Positions 13,641-26,445 of a stretch of 64,000 bases of DNA are shown in pieces. Source of the DNA: Priapulus caudatus (taxonomy: Eukaryota); contig NW_014577088.1 of the NCBI RefSeq assembly GCF_000485595.1, positions 858,876 to 922,875 of the forward strand. The letters run 5' to 3'. The notes beneath the pieces were generated by a model, which saw only the letters and a list, made by a program, of their open reading frames with translations, was not told where the DNA came from and did not search any database. Every line of letters begins with the position of its first letter. The stretch's first letter is position 1. The translations under genes were made by a program, and so were the position numbers.

Positions 13641-13960
13641 GGCCACAATTAAAAAAAATATTTGTTTGCCCTCACCCGACCCAGGCTGAAAAGTTTGGGT
13701 AGGTAGGTAGGCTTCTTTTTTTGAGGAGGGTCTTTCACAAATTCAGCATGGTGTCTACATGATCGGGTGTGCTTGTGTGGAGATACCTTTTATGTTGAAT
13801 GTTTGTTTTGCTTGGTACATATAATGTATTGTGGACATATTTATATAATGTACAGTGATACAATTTGTAAAATGGGAAAGATCAATAAAATTTGTTGAGT
13901 CGGCCCCTTTTTGGCGGGTCGGTCGGGTGAGAGCAAACAAACAATATTTTTATTATGGCC
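13641..13960. mobile_element. PIF/Harbinger-type MITE
   Basis: ~40-bp TIRs GGCCACAATTAAAAAAAATATTTGTTTGCCCTCACCCGACC / GGTCGGGTGAGAGCAAAC...TTATGGCC, with TTA on both flanks. Confidence 0.8.
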
Positions 13961-14316
13961 TTATCCATCCTTCCAATACCCATTCCAATCATCTAATGTC
14001 GTTGCATTCTATAGACGTTGTTCTATACTACCCGCATACGTTCTCTCCTATCGTTGCCCCAGCCACCATTATTACTGTGCAGCCCTCCTTAGCTCCTAAC
14101 CCTCACCCCCCGTCCGGCCATGCCAGCTCCGTTCCGTCTTCGCATCAACTTTAATCCTTTGCACGACAGCGTGGCGGCTATAGCAGAGATGACGAGCCGG
14201 ACGAAGCTGATTGAGTTTATTTACGCCGGCGTGAACACAGAGAGCCAGAGCACACTGTCGTATGCATGCATGCATGCATGCATGCCAGGAGCTCTTCACC
14301 ATCAGTAGTGGCCAGC

Positions 14317-14854
14317 TGATCATCATCACTGGTCATGTAGTAGTAGCTATAGACCAGGCGGTCACACACTGCAGTAATGTTACCTATACATGATCATCAT
14401 CACTGGTCATGCAGTAGTAGCTAGACCAGGCGGTCACACACTGCATGCAGTAATGTTACCTATACGTGATCATCATCACTGGTCATGTAGTAGTAGCTAG
14501 ACCAGGCGGTCACACACTGCATGCAGTAATGTTACCTATACGTGATCATCGTCACTGGTCATGTAGTAGCTAGATCAGGCGGTCACACACTGCAGTAATG
14601 TTACCTATACGTGATCATCGTCACTGGTCATGCAGTAGTAGCTAGAGCAGGCGGTCACACACTGCATGCAGTAATGTTACCTATACGTGATCATCGTCAC
14701 TGGTCATGCAGTAGTAGCTAGACCAGGCGGTCACACACTGCATGCAGTAATGTTACCGATACGTGATCATCGTCACTGCTCATGTAGTAGTAGCTAGACC
14801 AGGCGGTCACACACTGCATGCAGTAATGTTACCGATACGTGATCATCGTCACTG
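14317..14854. repeat. ~75-bp tandem repeat, about 7 copies, running into a gap
   Basis: Unit TGATCATCATCACTGGTCATGTAGTAGTAGCTAGACCAGGCGGTCACACACTGCATGCAGTAATGTTACCTATACG. Confidence 0.95.
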
Positions 14855-14901
14855 NNNNNNNNNNTGTGCGTGTGTGCGTGTGTGCGTGTGTGCGTGTGTG
14901 C

Positions 14902-14932
<31 letters not shown>

Positions 14933-15039
14933 TGCGTGCGTTCTTGTGTGTGTGTGTGTGTGTGTTTGTTTGATCTCGATATTCTCCGTGATTTTTCACT
15001 CAATCGCGCTAACTGAAGATATATTCAGAATCACCACGT

Positions 15040-16944
<1,905 letters not shown>

Positions 16945-17281
16945 TATCTTATATTATTTGTCGTGTTCGGACGAGTACTAATAAAGTCAGAGTTCAATAA
17001 CAAGGTTCTGCCGACTAGCTCTATCTTACGAAATTTACGCTGCCTACTTACCTTGCTATCTAATACAAACATCTCTACCGTCTGCTAACTCTACCTGCTA
17101 CGATTCCGGAGCTGAGTTATCACCTAAATAGAAGTACAATATTACCTACGTGATGATGTCTGACCCTAACTTTACGTCTAGCTGCAATCCGTCAAGTATA
17201 GTGCCTTTAAACGTCTAGTATATTATCATCACGTTTATCACTTTCATACATCAGAACTGCAGCGAACTAGATCACCTAGAG

Positions 17282-17474
17282 CAGTGCTTCTTAAACTGGT
17301 GACTGAAATTATTTTGGGGTGAATGAAATTGTCCATGTGAATGAAGAATGGCATGTGAATGAAAATGGGTGAATGAAAATGTGTGAAAAACACAAGGAAA
17401 GTTAGTCGTGGGTGAATGAAATTTTGGATAAAACCTCGAGGGTGAATGACACTGAAATAGTTTAAGAAGCACTG
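17282..17474. mobile_element. hAT MITE
   Basis: Perfect 16-bp TIRs CAGTGCTTCTTAAACT / AGTTTAAGAAGCACTG and a perfect 8-bp TSD ACCTAGAG. Confidence 0.92.
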
Positions 17475-20073
17475 ACCTAGAGCGTTTGAAACGATGGTCC
17501 GGCTATAGAAAGTGACGCACATTTCGGTGATGTCTGGCAATCGTCATTCGATACCTGATGATAAGCAGCGGTACAGCAAATCGCGCCGCTTATTTGCGCC
17601 AGCATCAACGCAGCAGTAACTCCATTTCCCACCGTTTCTCCATCGCAAAAGGATCGCATAACTATTTAAGCTCGTATTTCCACCTTTTCGGTATTTTTTC
17701 GTAGTATGCCTTCGCGTCATATAAGGTTACGATGTTCTTGTTGCATATATTCGTCACGCAGCCACATTATTGTACGAGGTCTCATATTTTTTAAAGTAAC
17801 GGTGATCATATCCTCTTGGGTTTCCCATTTTAAAGCTCTCGGTGAAATACGCGTATAGTTATGCCTGCCGCCTTTGGCACGCGCCATGTTCCTTCGCTAT
17901 ATATGCCTCCCGGTCTCAGCATAGCACAGGTCTGATCTTGTTGTCAACGTTCGTACTTAGAGCACGTGTGAAATAGGAGACATTTAGGAATCAGCTGCTG
18001 GTAATGTATTTCGTGTTGTGACGGCAACTTCTAATTACATCAATTTTCCATTTATTAGAAACGCCGTCATCACGCATTTCAATAAAATGTCCATTTACGA
18101 CATTGATACGACAGAATGATTGCTATAATCGCAAAGGAATGAAAACGAAACGATCTCAGGAAATTGCAAGCTGAGTTTTGTTTAATTCTATTCGTGTGTG
18201 TGGGAGGGGGCGCGTATATAATACACGCTGATTATATATATATTCGAACCTTGATATATATCCGCTGAAGTTATATTATAGAACAACAACTGTGTCGCAA
18301 TAAACTATCGAATCCAAATTCTAAGCGATGATCAATGCTTGAGAGCCCGGGTAAGGCATATGACTACGCAACCTATAAGCAGTGTGATACGCCAAGTCCA
18401 CATCAACCGTATGAAGGAGCTACCTATGCAGACGAATACTGACTGAGGTTGCATTTGTTAAAGACCCCCTTTGCTAAAACGCTTTAAATGAATAATGGCA
18501 CCGTTTGCAAATAAACGTTTTTCATGTTTCGGAAAAATATTCATGTTAACATTTTACGACACAGTTTATGACTTTTAAAGGAAATTTCGTCGCGAAAATC
18601 CGCTAAGAAAGAGTGGCTGACTGGGCGTGATTGAGTGCTAGAATGAGAGATCATCATCAGAGGGAGGAGGTGAGATTCCTGAGTAATAATTCGTGAAAAA
18701 TCCACTAACACCTCTTTCGCTGAAAGGACACTATTAAATCGGTGTGGGTTGCAACCAACTGGTGTCATGATGAAAATCTAGATTGTGGAAAATCAACTGG
18801 ATATAGTTGCTTTGTACGCGTATAAATGATCATTAAATAGATTTCCAACGCAACAAATATCCCGCAAATGCAAAATGTGCATATAAAATTAATGACTAGT
18901 TATGACATTACTTAATAGGGGGTTTTCTGTTTTGAGAACGAGCTAATATATACTTAATATTTATAGTTATGATGAGAAAAAACAAACATAAGTACCTATC
19001 TTAATAAAAACGCGAGTTATTATAATAAATAGGTATACAAAAAATTAATTTTATTATTTTAATATGATAAAAGTATATACACACATATATATATATATTA
19101 AAATATAGTTTGGACGAAAACAACGGAAGGTCTTGGCTTTACGTGACACAGCTCTATGACAATACCTGCAGGGAATTGTACCAGGTCAGGTGCATATGAC
19201 ACGGAAAATTTGCAGCAGGGCAATTAAGCCAAGCCTGTATTTTGGAAATGACACGTGTGGCACTTTCAGCCTCGGTCAACATTCTTTAAAACGAGAAATT
19301 ATTTTATCGTGACAATTTTGTATCTTAATACTTTCACGTGCATTGTTCCAGTTAATGAAGATATATATGAACGAATAATACTAATAAAAAGTGACCAGAG
19401 GAGCAGGTGAAGTGAGCGTACAGTGTGGGGATAGTAATACGAGCGTGGCTGCATGCATATATACACAGTCAGTTGGACCGTTTCAGTAGTAGAATTATAT
19501 GACCAGTAAATAATTATGAATATATTAAATACGTTAATAACGGTAAATACGGTTTTAACGTATATGTATTCTGAATAGCCTAATAATTTCACCTAGATCC
19601 TTCCCAAATGTTTCTCTACAGCATACACGGTCACTGCACCCACGCTTCAAGATATACACAAAAGACAAGAACAAGGAGTGGTGTGATGTTGACGTTAATG
19701 TATGCATGTTAATTCGGAGTTTCTCTTCTGGAGATTACACTGTAGTTTTGGATACTATCGGCCAGCAGCACATAAAAGCAGAACATAAAAGCATATGCGA
19801 TACCCTTACATCTGACTTCTATATAGCACATACTGGTTCTCTGCCGGTCCGCGCCGATAGCACCAATGCCGGATACAAACAAGGTAAGAATCACGCTCAG
19901 GGGGTTTAATAGCACACACTCTACAGCCATGCTGGCTACATATTATTTCTGCCACGGTAGCTTTGCATATGAACACGGTGATCGAACTAGGCGAAATTGG
20001 GACAGCAGCGAGGAGACCGGATAACGCTGGGGTCAGTTAATACGGCCGTTCGAAACGAATATCGACACGGTCA

Positions 20074-20683
20074 CAGGGTTCTCCAAGCTTTTAAATTATA
20101 GCATGGGGGTGCTACTCACTGCTGGGGGGTCCGGGGGCATGCCCCCCGGAAAATGTTTGAATTGTAGAAGCTCTGAGATGCAATCTGGGACACTCTGTGT
20201 GTAAATTTGAAGCACTGCATGTGGGGTGAAAATGTTTGTTTTGCATGGGCAAAGCCATGGGCAAATTTAAAATAATGATTTCTTGATGAGCTAGAAAACA
20301 CTCGGATTTGAAGTATGAAAATGAACATTATTGTGCCAGCTAGTTGGTTGGGATTGATTGTCAGTTCAGATGCAAAATATTGAAAGCAAAAGGTTATACA
20401 ACATAGATTAATTTTGGTACTATAACACGCGTATATAAGATAGCCGAGTCAGTTTAGAGTTAGTGTTAGGGTTAGGGATAGGGAGACTGTTTGTACTTGT
20501 GTGTGGGACTGCCGTACCCGTAGCATCGATACCAACGTGTATTAAATAATTATTGTTTGAACTTCTTGTGTATACACCAGCATGGCGGCTATGATATTTA
20601 GCGTGGCGGGTGCATTTTAGGATGGCGGGGCTCGACGATAGCCTGGCGGGCCGCCAGGCTATAAGTGCCCTTGGAGAACCCTG
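20074..20683. mobile_element. hAT-like MITE with 5-bp TSD
   Basis: TIRs CAGGGTTCTCCAAG / CTTGGAGAACCCTG, with GGTCA directly on both flanks. Confidence 0.8.
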
Positions 20684-22672
20684 GGTCATCATAGATCCGA
20701 AAAGCAGTTCGCATAACATGGTAGTATTAGGGTCGTTTAGGATTAGAAAGGTCAGAAAATAGTGTTACGCAAAAATAAAACTCGAGTGAGTACAGAGGTA
20801 AAGCGAATCTGTGAGCAAACATATTGCGTTACATGTATGGTCAGTTATATCTAAATTTATATGAAACATCAGGACATCACAAAAGCACGGAGGAATAAAT
20901 CTGAAAATGCCTGGGCTAACAACTGCAGCAGCAATGACGTATATATAGCAGCACTGCGATTCACATCCAATATAACTAAAAAATTCAGGAATGGCCTTCG
21001 GTGATTTAGCAAAAGTGTAAAAAGCCTAATGTCTAGCCCAACCGTATAACAATGCAGCAGGTTATATGGTAAATCTACGCCTCGGATATCAATAGAAATG
21101 ACACTTTACGCTATTTTCAATAAGAAAAATCCTAACAATGGCAGATACGACCGTAAAAGTAAAAGCTGTTTAGCGGGTATGTCTACAACGTAATAAGAAA
21201 TAGCCTGCAACAGCACAGCAATGTCCGAGCTTTGTCTCTATGACCTATCATGCAAAATATAAACACCAATAGGCCTTTATTCGAGACTCCAACAATATAA
21301 CACTGCACGTGTGTGGATCTCATTTCACGAAATGTACATGTAGACGGACAAACACATACTCAAACGAGACAATAACTATAATTACATGCCACCAGGTGAG
21401 CATGCACCGCGGGGCAACACTCTTCAATGCTAAGATTAGTAACCATTATTGCACGAATGAAAAAAAAACCTAGTTTTGCGGGGCTTCACCGGCCCAGGCG
21501 CACAGCAGTATGTCCGCAGAACTCGCAGCAATAACGCTGTGCATCCTCATCACTGCACCGAGATGATGCCAACTAGCTGCGACTCGGCGACTCTGTAAGC
21601 ACAGGGGTTCATGACATCGTAAGTGCACGGCATCGGGATTCCGTAAGCGTGCGTTGCTCGAGAGCTTTCTATTCGGCGAGTGCATGCTCGGAGGGTCACG
21701 ACGATACGAGCGCGCATGCATTACTGTATCTTTCCGACAAGAACAGCGGTGTGTGTACGAACTCGCGAGTGATCGCCAACATGACATCATGACGCTGCGA
21801 TTGCACGACGCAATAATCGTCAGTCGTAACGGCACGGTGTTGTTTGGCATTCCGTGCGCATAGCTCCACGATTCAGCACTGGAATTAGCTCGCCGATTGT
21901 GTGCTTGCGTGTGGAGTGGGGAATAAATTAATAAACTAGAAAGGGCAGTTGTCGCCAACTACATGTATCCCCCGTGTTCTCCCCAAGATGTGTAAGTATA
22001 CGAAGTTTGGTCGTGCTAGGTCAATTAGGGGCCGAGTCATAGAGTGGAAGAGAAATATGATAAAGGTCAAGGTCAAGGTCAATGTCAAATAAAGGTTGCA
22101 GTGACCTGTTTTCGGTACACGACACACCTTCTCCACAAGATGTGTAAGTATACCAAGTTTGGTCATGCTAGGTCAATTAGGGGCCGAGTTATAGAGTGGA
22201 AGGGAAATATGATCAAGGTCAAGGTCAAGGTCAAATAAAAGCCGCAGTGACCTTGTTTTGGTACGCAACACACATACTCCCCAAGATGTGTAAGTATACC
22301 AAGATTGGTAGCGCTAGGTCAATTAGGGGCCGAGTGAGAGAGCAGAAGGGAAATATGATCAAGGTTAAGGTAAAGGTCAAATAAAGGTCGCAGTGACCTG
22401 GTTTTGGTAGCGCTAGGTCAATTAGGAGCCGAGTTAGAGAGTGGAAGGGAAATATGATCAAGGTCAAAGTAAAGGTCAAATAAAGGTCGCAGTGACCTGG
22501 TTTTGGTACGCTGCTCACCTTCTCCCCAAGATGTATAAGTATACCAAGATTGGTAGCGCTAGGTCAATTAGGGGCCGAGTGAGAGAGCAGAAGGGAAATG
22601 TGATCAAGGTCCAGGTAAAGGTCAAATAAAGGTCGCAGTGACTATTGACTGCAGTGACGCAATCTGTCTGTC

Positions 22673-25567
22673 TGACATTCCTTGTAAATAGGCTAGATTC
22701 ATTAAAGTTCTGGAAATGTTATCTGACCTTCTTCCTCTGTCTGTCAATAGCTATTCATAGACACTGCCCACGCCAATTAAGATGCCAATTAACAAAATTA
22801 TTAACACAATTAGGCTAATTACATGATAATACAACAACAATAACAGAACCAGATAGTGATAATTATGGTGGCTTGCTCTCATCAGATCAATCCTGGGCAA
22901 GTCAAATATTATACTTCTGTGGTCAAGGGACACTACTACATTTAATTATCATGTTAATTAACATATGGGGCGCGATGTCCTGCTTGCATTCAATGTGTTC
23001 AACGGGTTTCCTGCAGGATGCCAACAGGACTCCATGCCACCCATGCTGCTTGCCTTGGTCAATATGATCTTGGAAGGTCCCAGTTTCAAGCACCAGAGTG
23101 AAAGCACAACACCAGCGGCACCGAGCATCGCCCAGCACCTCAAGTTCAACAGCGTTATGCACCGACGGGCCGCCACAGGCAATACGCCTCACCCAGTCAG
23201 GCACGCCACCACGCAGGAGACGCCAGTTCCAACCTACATCGGCCTAATGCTACATGCACACACGCGCAAGAAGAAGCTCGTCGACAGGCTGGCACACATG
23301 GGGATTTTTATCTCCTATGATCGGGTCCTGTCCCTTTCCACACAGCTGGGGAACAGTGCCTGCTGCCTCTACCACCAGAAACAAGTAGTCTGCCCTCCCA
23401 AGATGAGAGGCAGAGTCTTCACGACTGCTGCGATAGACAATATTGATCACAACCTAAGTTCCACCACAGCAAAACAGTCATTCCATGGAACTGCTATTTC
23501 CCTCATGCAACACCCTGCGGTCCCTGGGGCTGGCATTGACCGCAGAATCATCATCCTCGGAAGGCCGAATGAAAGAGGCCTCAAAACAGTTGACCATTTG
23601 CCGCACTACTATACAGATGCCCTATCTGTCGGCAGCATCAAGAACACCCCCGTGCCGGCTACCAGCGTGACATCCCTGAGCAGCAACAGCGGCCTCAAGC
23701 AACATGCTGAAAAAGAGTATCTCTGGCTAAAACACACCCAAGTCGCCCTACAAGAAACTTCTCCAGTGGAGAACACTTCATGGGCTGCATACCACACAAG
23801 CCAGCAGAACATGCTAGCCAGGCGGGCCATCTGTCCCACCGCACTGCTCCCACTCTTCCTGGAGAGCGCCCACACCGTGGCTATGATCAAGCACTCCATG
23901 GATGTGGTCAGGATTTCAGTGGAACATCTCAACCCTGGCCAGACTCGGACCATTGCAGACAAGGAGCTGGCCATCACTGAAGGAGATGATGTATTGAGCA
24001 AGCCACCGCTCCTAGATACTGCAGCCGTGGCTCCTTGCAACCACGAGGAAGCCGACAGCCACATGGTGTTGCATACCGCCCACGCTGCTCACAATGGCCA
24101 CAAGAAGATTCTCATCTGCACAGTTGACACTAATGTTGTTGTCCTGACAGTGGCTCTGGCACACACCCTGGAGGAGGAAGCCGAAGTGTGGGTGTCCTTC
24201 GGTAAGGGCAAGGCTTTCCGGTTCTTGGCAGACCATGAGATGGCGCGGGCTCTGGGGAAAGCGCAGGCACTACCGATGTTTCATGCTTTGACATGCTTCG
24301 CCGGACATGGCAAGAGGACAGCATGGGCAGTGTGGACAGCTCTACCTCAGCGGACCCAGACACTCGTAGATATCTCCACTGCACCAGATCATATTGATGA
24401 AGATGCCATGCACACCATCGAGAGGTTTGTCATCCTGCTTTATGACAGAACAAGCACTGCAACCGATATCGACAAGGCACGCCACACACTGTTTGCAAAG
24501 AAGAGCAATGTCCAGCTGATCCCACCGACAAGTGCAGCCCTGAAGCAGCACGTCCGACGAGCAATATACCAGGGCGGACATGTCTGGGGTCAGGCCCTGG
24601 TTCCTGCACCAACATTGCCATCACCAACCGACTGGGGTTGGATCAAGACCAGCAACATGTACGAACCTCTCTGGACAACGCTCCCCGAGGCATCCAAGGT
24701 CTGCCGGGAGCTTATCTCCTGCAAATACCAGAAGGGCTGCATCAAGAGGTGCAAGTGCAAGAAGGCCAGTCTGGAATGCACACCACTGTGTGCTTGCGAC
24801 GGGTAGTGCTCTCAGAACTGAACTCGCAAACTTAAGAGGAAGATTCTGAACTGTTCCAGACAGTACACAGGTACTGTAAAACAGTGAACTTATCTGCATA
24901 TTGCATTTAGCAGATTATGTGTTAATTAACATAATAATTACATGTAGTAGTGTCCCTTGACCACAGAAGTATAGCATTTGACTTGCCCAGGATTGATTTG
25001 ATGAGAGCAAGCCACCATAATGATCACTATCTGGTTCTGTTATTGTTGTTGTATTATCGATGTAATTAGCCTAATTGTGTTAATAATTTGGTTAATTGGC
25101 ATCTTAATTGGCGTGGGCAGTGTCCATGAATAGCTATTGACAGACAGACAAAGAAGGTCAGATAACATTTCCAGAACTTAAATGAATCTAGCCTATTAAC
25201 AAGGAATGTCAACATTTGATGCCTGATCATGGGTTTCCTTGTCACCATTTCATCTGCAATTAGCCTAAATATGTTAATTAATATCAGCAGCATCTCCCAA
25301 AATGTGACTAAGAGCTATCTGGCATGTCTTGATTCAAAACATTCAATAAACATTCACTGAAACCTTCAGCAGCAAACTTTATCTAACTTCTGTGTCTTTT
25401 AGGTGTCTGCTGGCGGCCATTTTGAAAAATGGCCGCCACGGCCGCCAGGGGGCAGTTGGGCGATGGCTCCACATCCAAATTTGTTCATAATATATTGGTC
25501 TACCTCTGTGCCAAAATTCGTGCTTTTATCAAAAAATGCACAATAGGTTAGCTTACCCGTTGTACTA
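22673..25567 (+). mobile_element. Academ-type (AcademX, XPG-nuclease-encoding) DNA transposon, deleted derivative
   Basis: ~290-bp inverted repeats (22673-22963 vs 24920-25211) bracket the ORF. The right arm appears to continue to a ...CCCGTTGTACTA terminus near 25567; the outer part of the left arm is missing. Confidence 0.72.
22965..24806 (+). CDS. Academ-like transposase/XPG-FEN1-like nuclease with C-terminal Cys-rich (CXC) finger, internally deleted, 613 aa
   Basis: Intronless ORF with motifs AIDNIDHN, SFHGT, HLNPGQT, CNHEEAD, TVDTNVVVL, ALPMFHALT..GHGK..AW, IPPT..AL.QH..RA.YQ and a terminal C..RCKCKKA.L.CT.LC.C. This is the order I recall for Academ proteins. Confidence 0.8.
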   Translation: MGRDVLLAFNVFNGFPAGCQQDSMPPMLLALVNMILEGPSFKHQSESTTPAAPSIAQHLKFNSVMHRRAATGNTPHPVRHATTQETPVPTYIGLMLHAHTRKKKLVDRLAHMGIFISYDRVLSLSTQLGNSACCLYHQKQVVCPPKMRGRVFTTAAIDNIDHNLSSTTAKQSFHGTAISLMQHPAVPGAGIDRRIIILGRPNERGLKTVDHLPHYYTDALSVGSIKNTPVPATSVTSLSSNSGLKQHAEKEYLWLKHTQVALQETSPVENTSWAAYHTSQQNMLARRAICPTALLPLFLESAHTVAMIKHSMDVVRISVEHLNPGQTRTIADKELAITEGDDVLSKPPLLDTAAVAPCNHEEADSHMVLHTAHAAHNGHKKILICTVDTNVVVLTVALAHTLEEEAEVWVSFGKGKAFRFLADHEMARALGKAQALPMFHALTCFAGHGKRTAWAVWTALPQRTQTLVDISTAPDHIDEDAMHTIERFVILLYDRTSTATDIDKARHTLFAKKSNVQLIPPTSAALKQHVRRAIYQGGHVWGQALVPAPTLPSPTDWGWIKTSNMYEPLWTTLPEASKVCRELISCKYQKGCIKRCKCKKASLECTPLCACDG

Positions 25568-26319
25568 GTGTAGGATGCGTGATTCAGTGATGTTAGTAAA
25601 ACGTCTCAACTCGGCTGCCACACTCGATACCCTATCCCCGGCCCATGCAGTATTCGTGTTTACAATCATTTAACATATACTGTTAACTCTTGGTTACTCG
25701 CCTCAAATGCCCTACCATAACCTACTACGTACAGGTACAACACCGATTTTCCGGATACGTAGCCGCGTAACCGCGTCGCCAGGTAGCCGCATAATCGCGT
25801 TGCCACGTAGCCTAAAATACGGTGCGTTAAATTAATATGCACAAATAAGCTTCCCTTAAATAGGAAAGGCAGATATACTGTTTATACGCCTGTAACAGCT
25901 GTTCTGTGTTGATAAACACAACTCGCCAGTGACATAATAGATTAATACTAATAGTAATAAAAACAGTATACACGTATATTTGATATCACTTATGTAATAA
26001 TATTTATATCAATAACCTTTTCGGGTCTTTGGGGAACCTTAAAAAACTTAGTCCGGGTATTGATGACGACCGATTATTGCAATTAAAAGCAGAGCAATAC
26101 GACCCTCCATATCGTTTCCTAACAGTCTCCATGGCAGCATCAGAGGCAGCATCCAACGACACACGCCGGCTACTGCGTGGCGCTACAATTCAATTCCAAA
26201 ATGGCTGACCAATGGGAATAGTCGAAGTGACCGTGCTCGGTGATTTATATGCTCTGCCTACAGTCTACACAAACTGCATGCGCATAATTTGAAAGTAGTA
26301 AATCGGCGCACAATACACG

Positions 26320-26445
26320 CACTATTTTGTATCACTATTTTATCACATTTTTCATAAGATAATGGTTGGATTTTTAAAATCTTTGCAACTTTTATTAGTC
26401 CAAATCTTATTACATAGGATACGAGTAACGTGGCCGCTGTAAAAC
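26320..26445 (+). repeat. Dispersed repeat, second copy at about 30080-30205
   Basis: TATCACTATTTTATCA..TTTGCAACTTTTATTAGTC..ATTACATAGGA..GCTGTAAAAC is present at both sites. Confidence 0.75.

Noticed and set aside
14317..14854. CRISPR-like appearance of regular repeats (also the 64-, 37- and 29-bp arrays)
   Set aside because: Head-to-tail units with no unique spacers, no cas genes, and a eukaryotic context.
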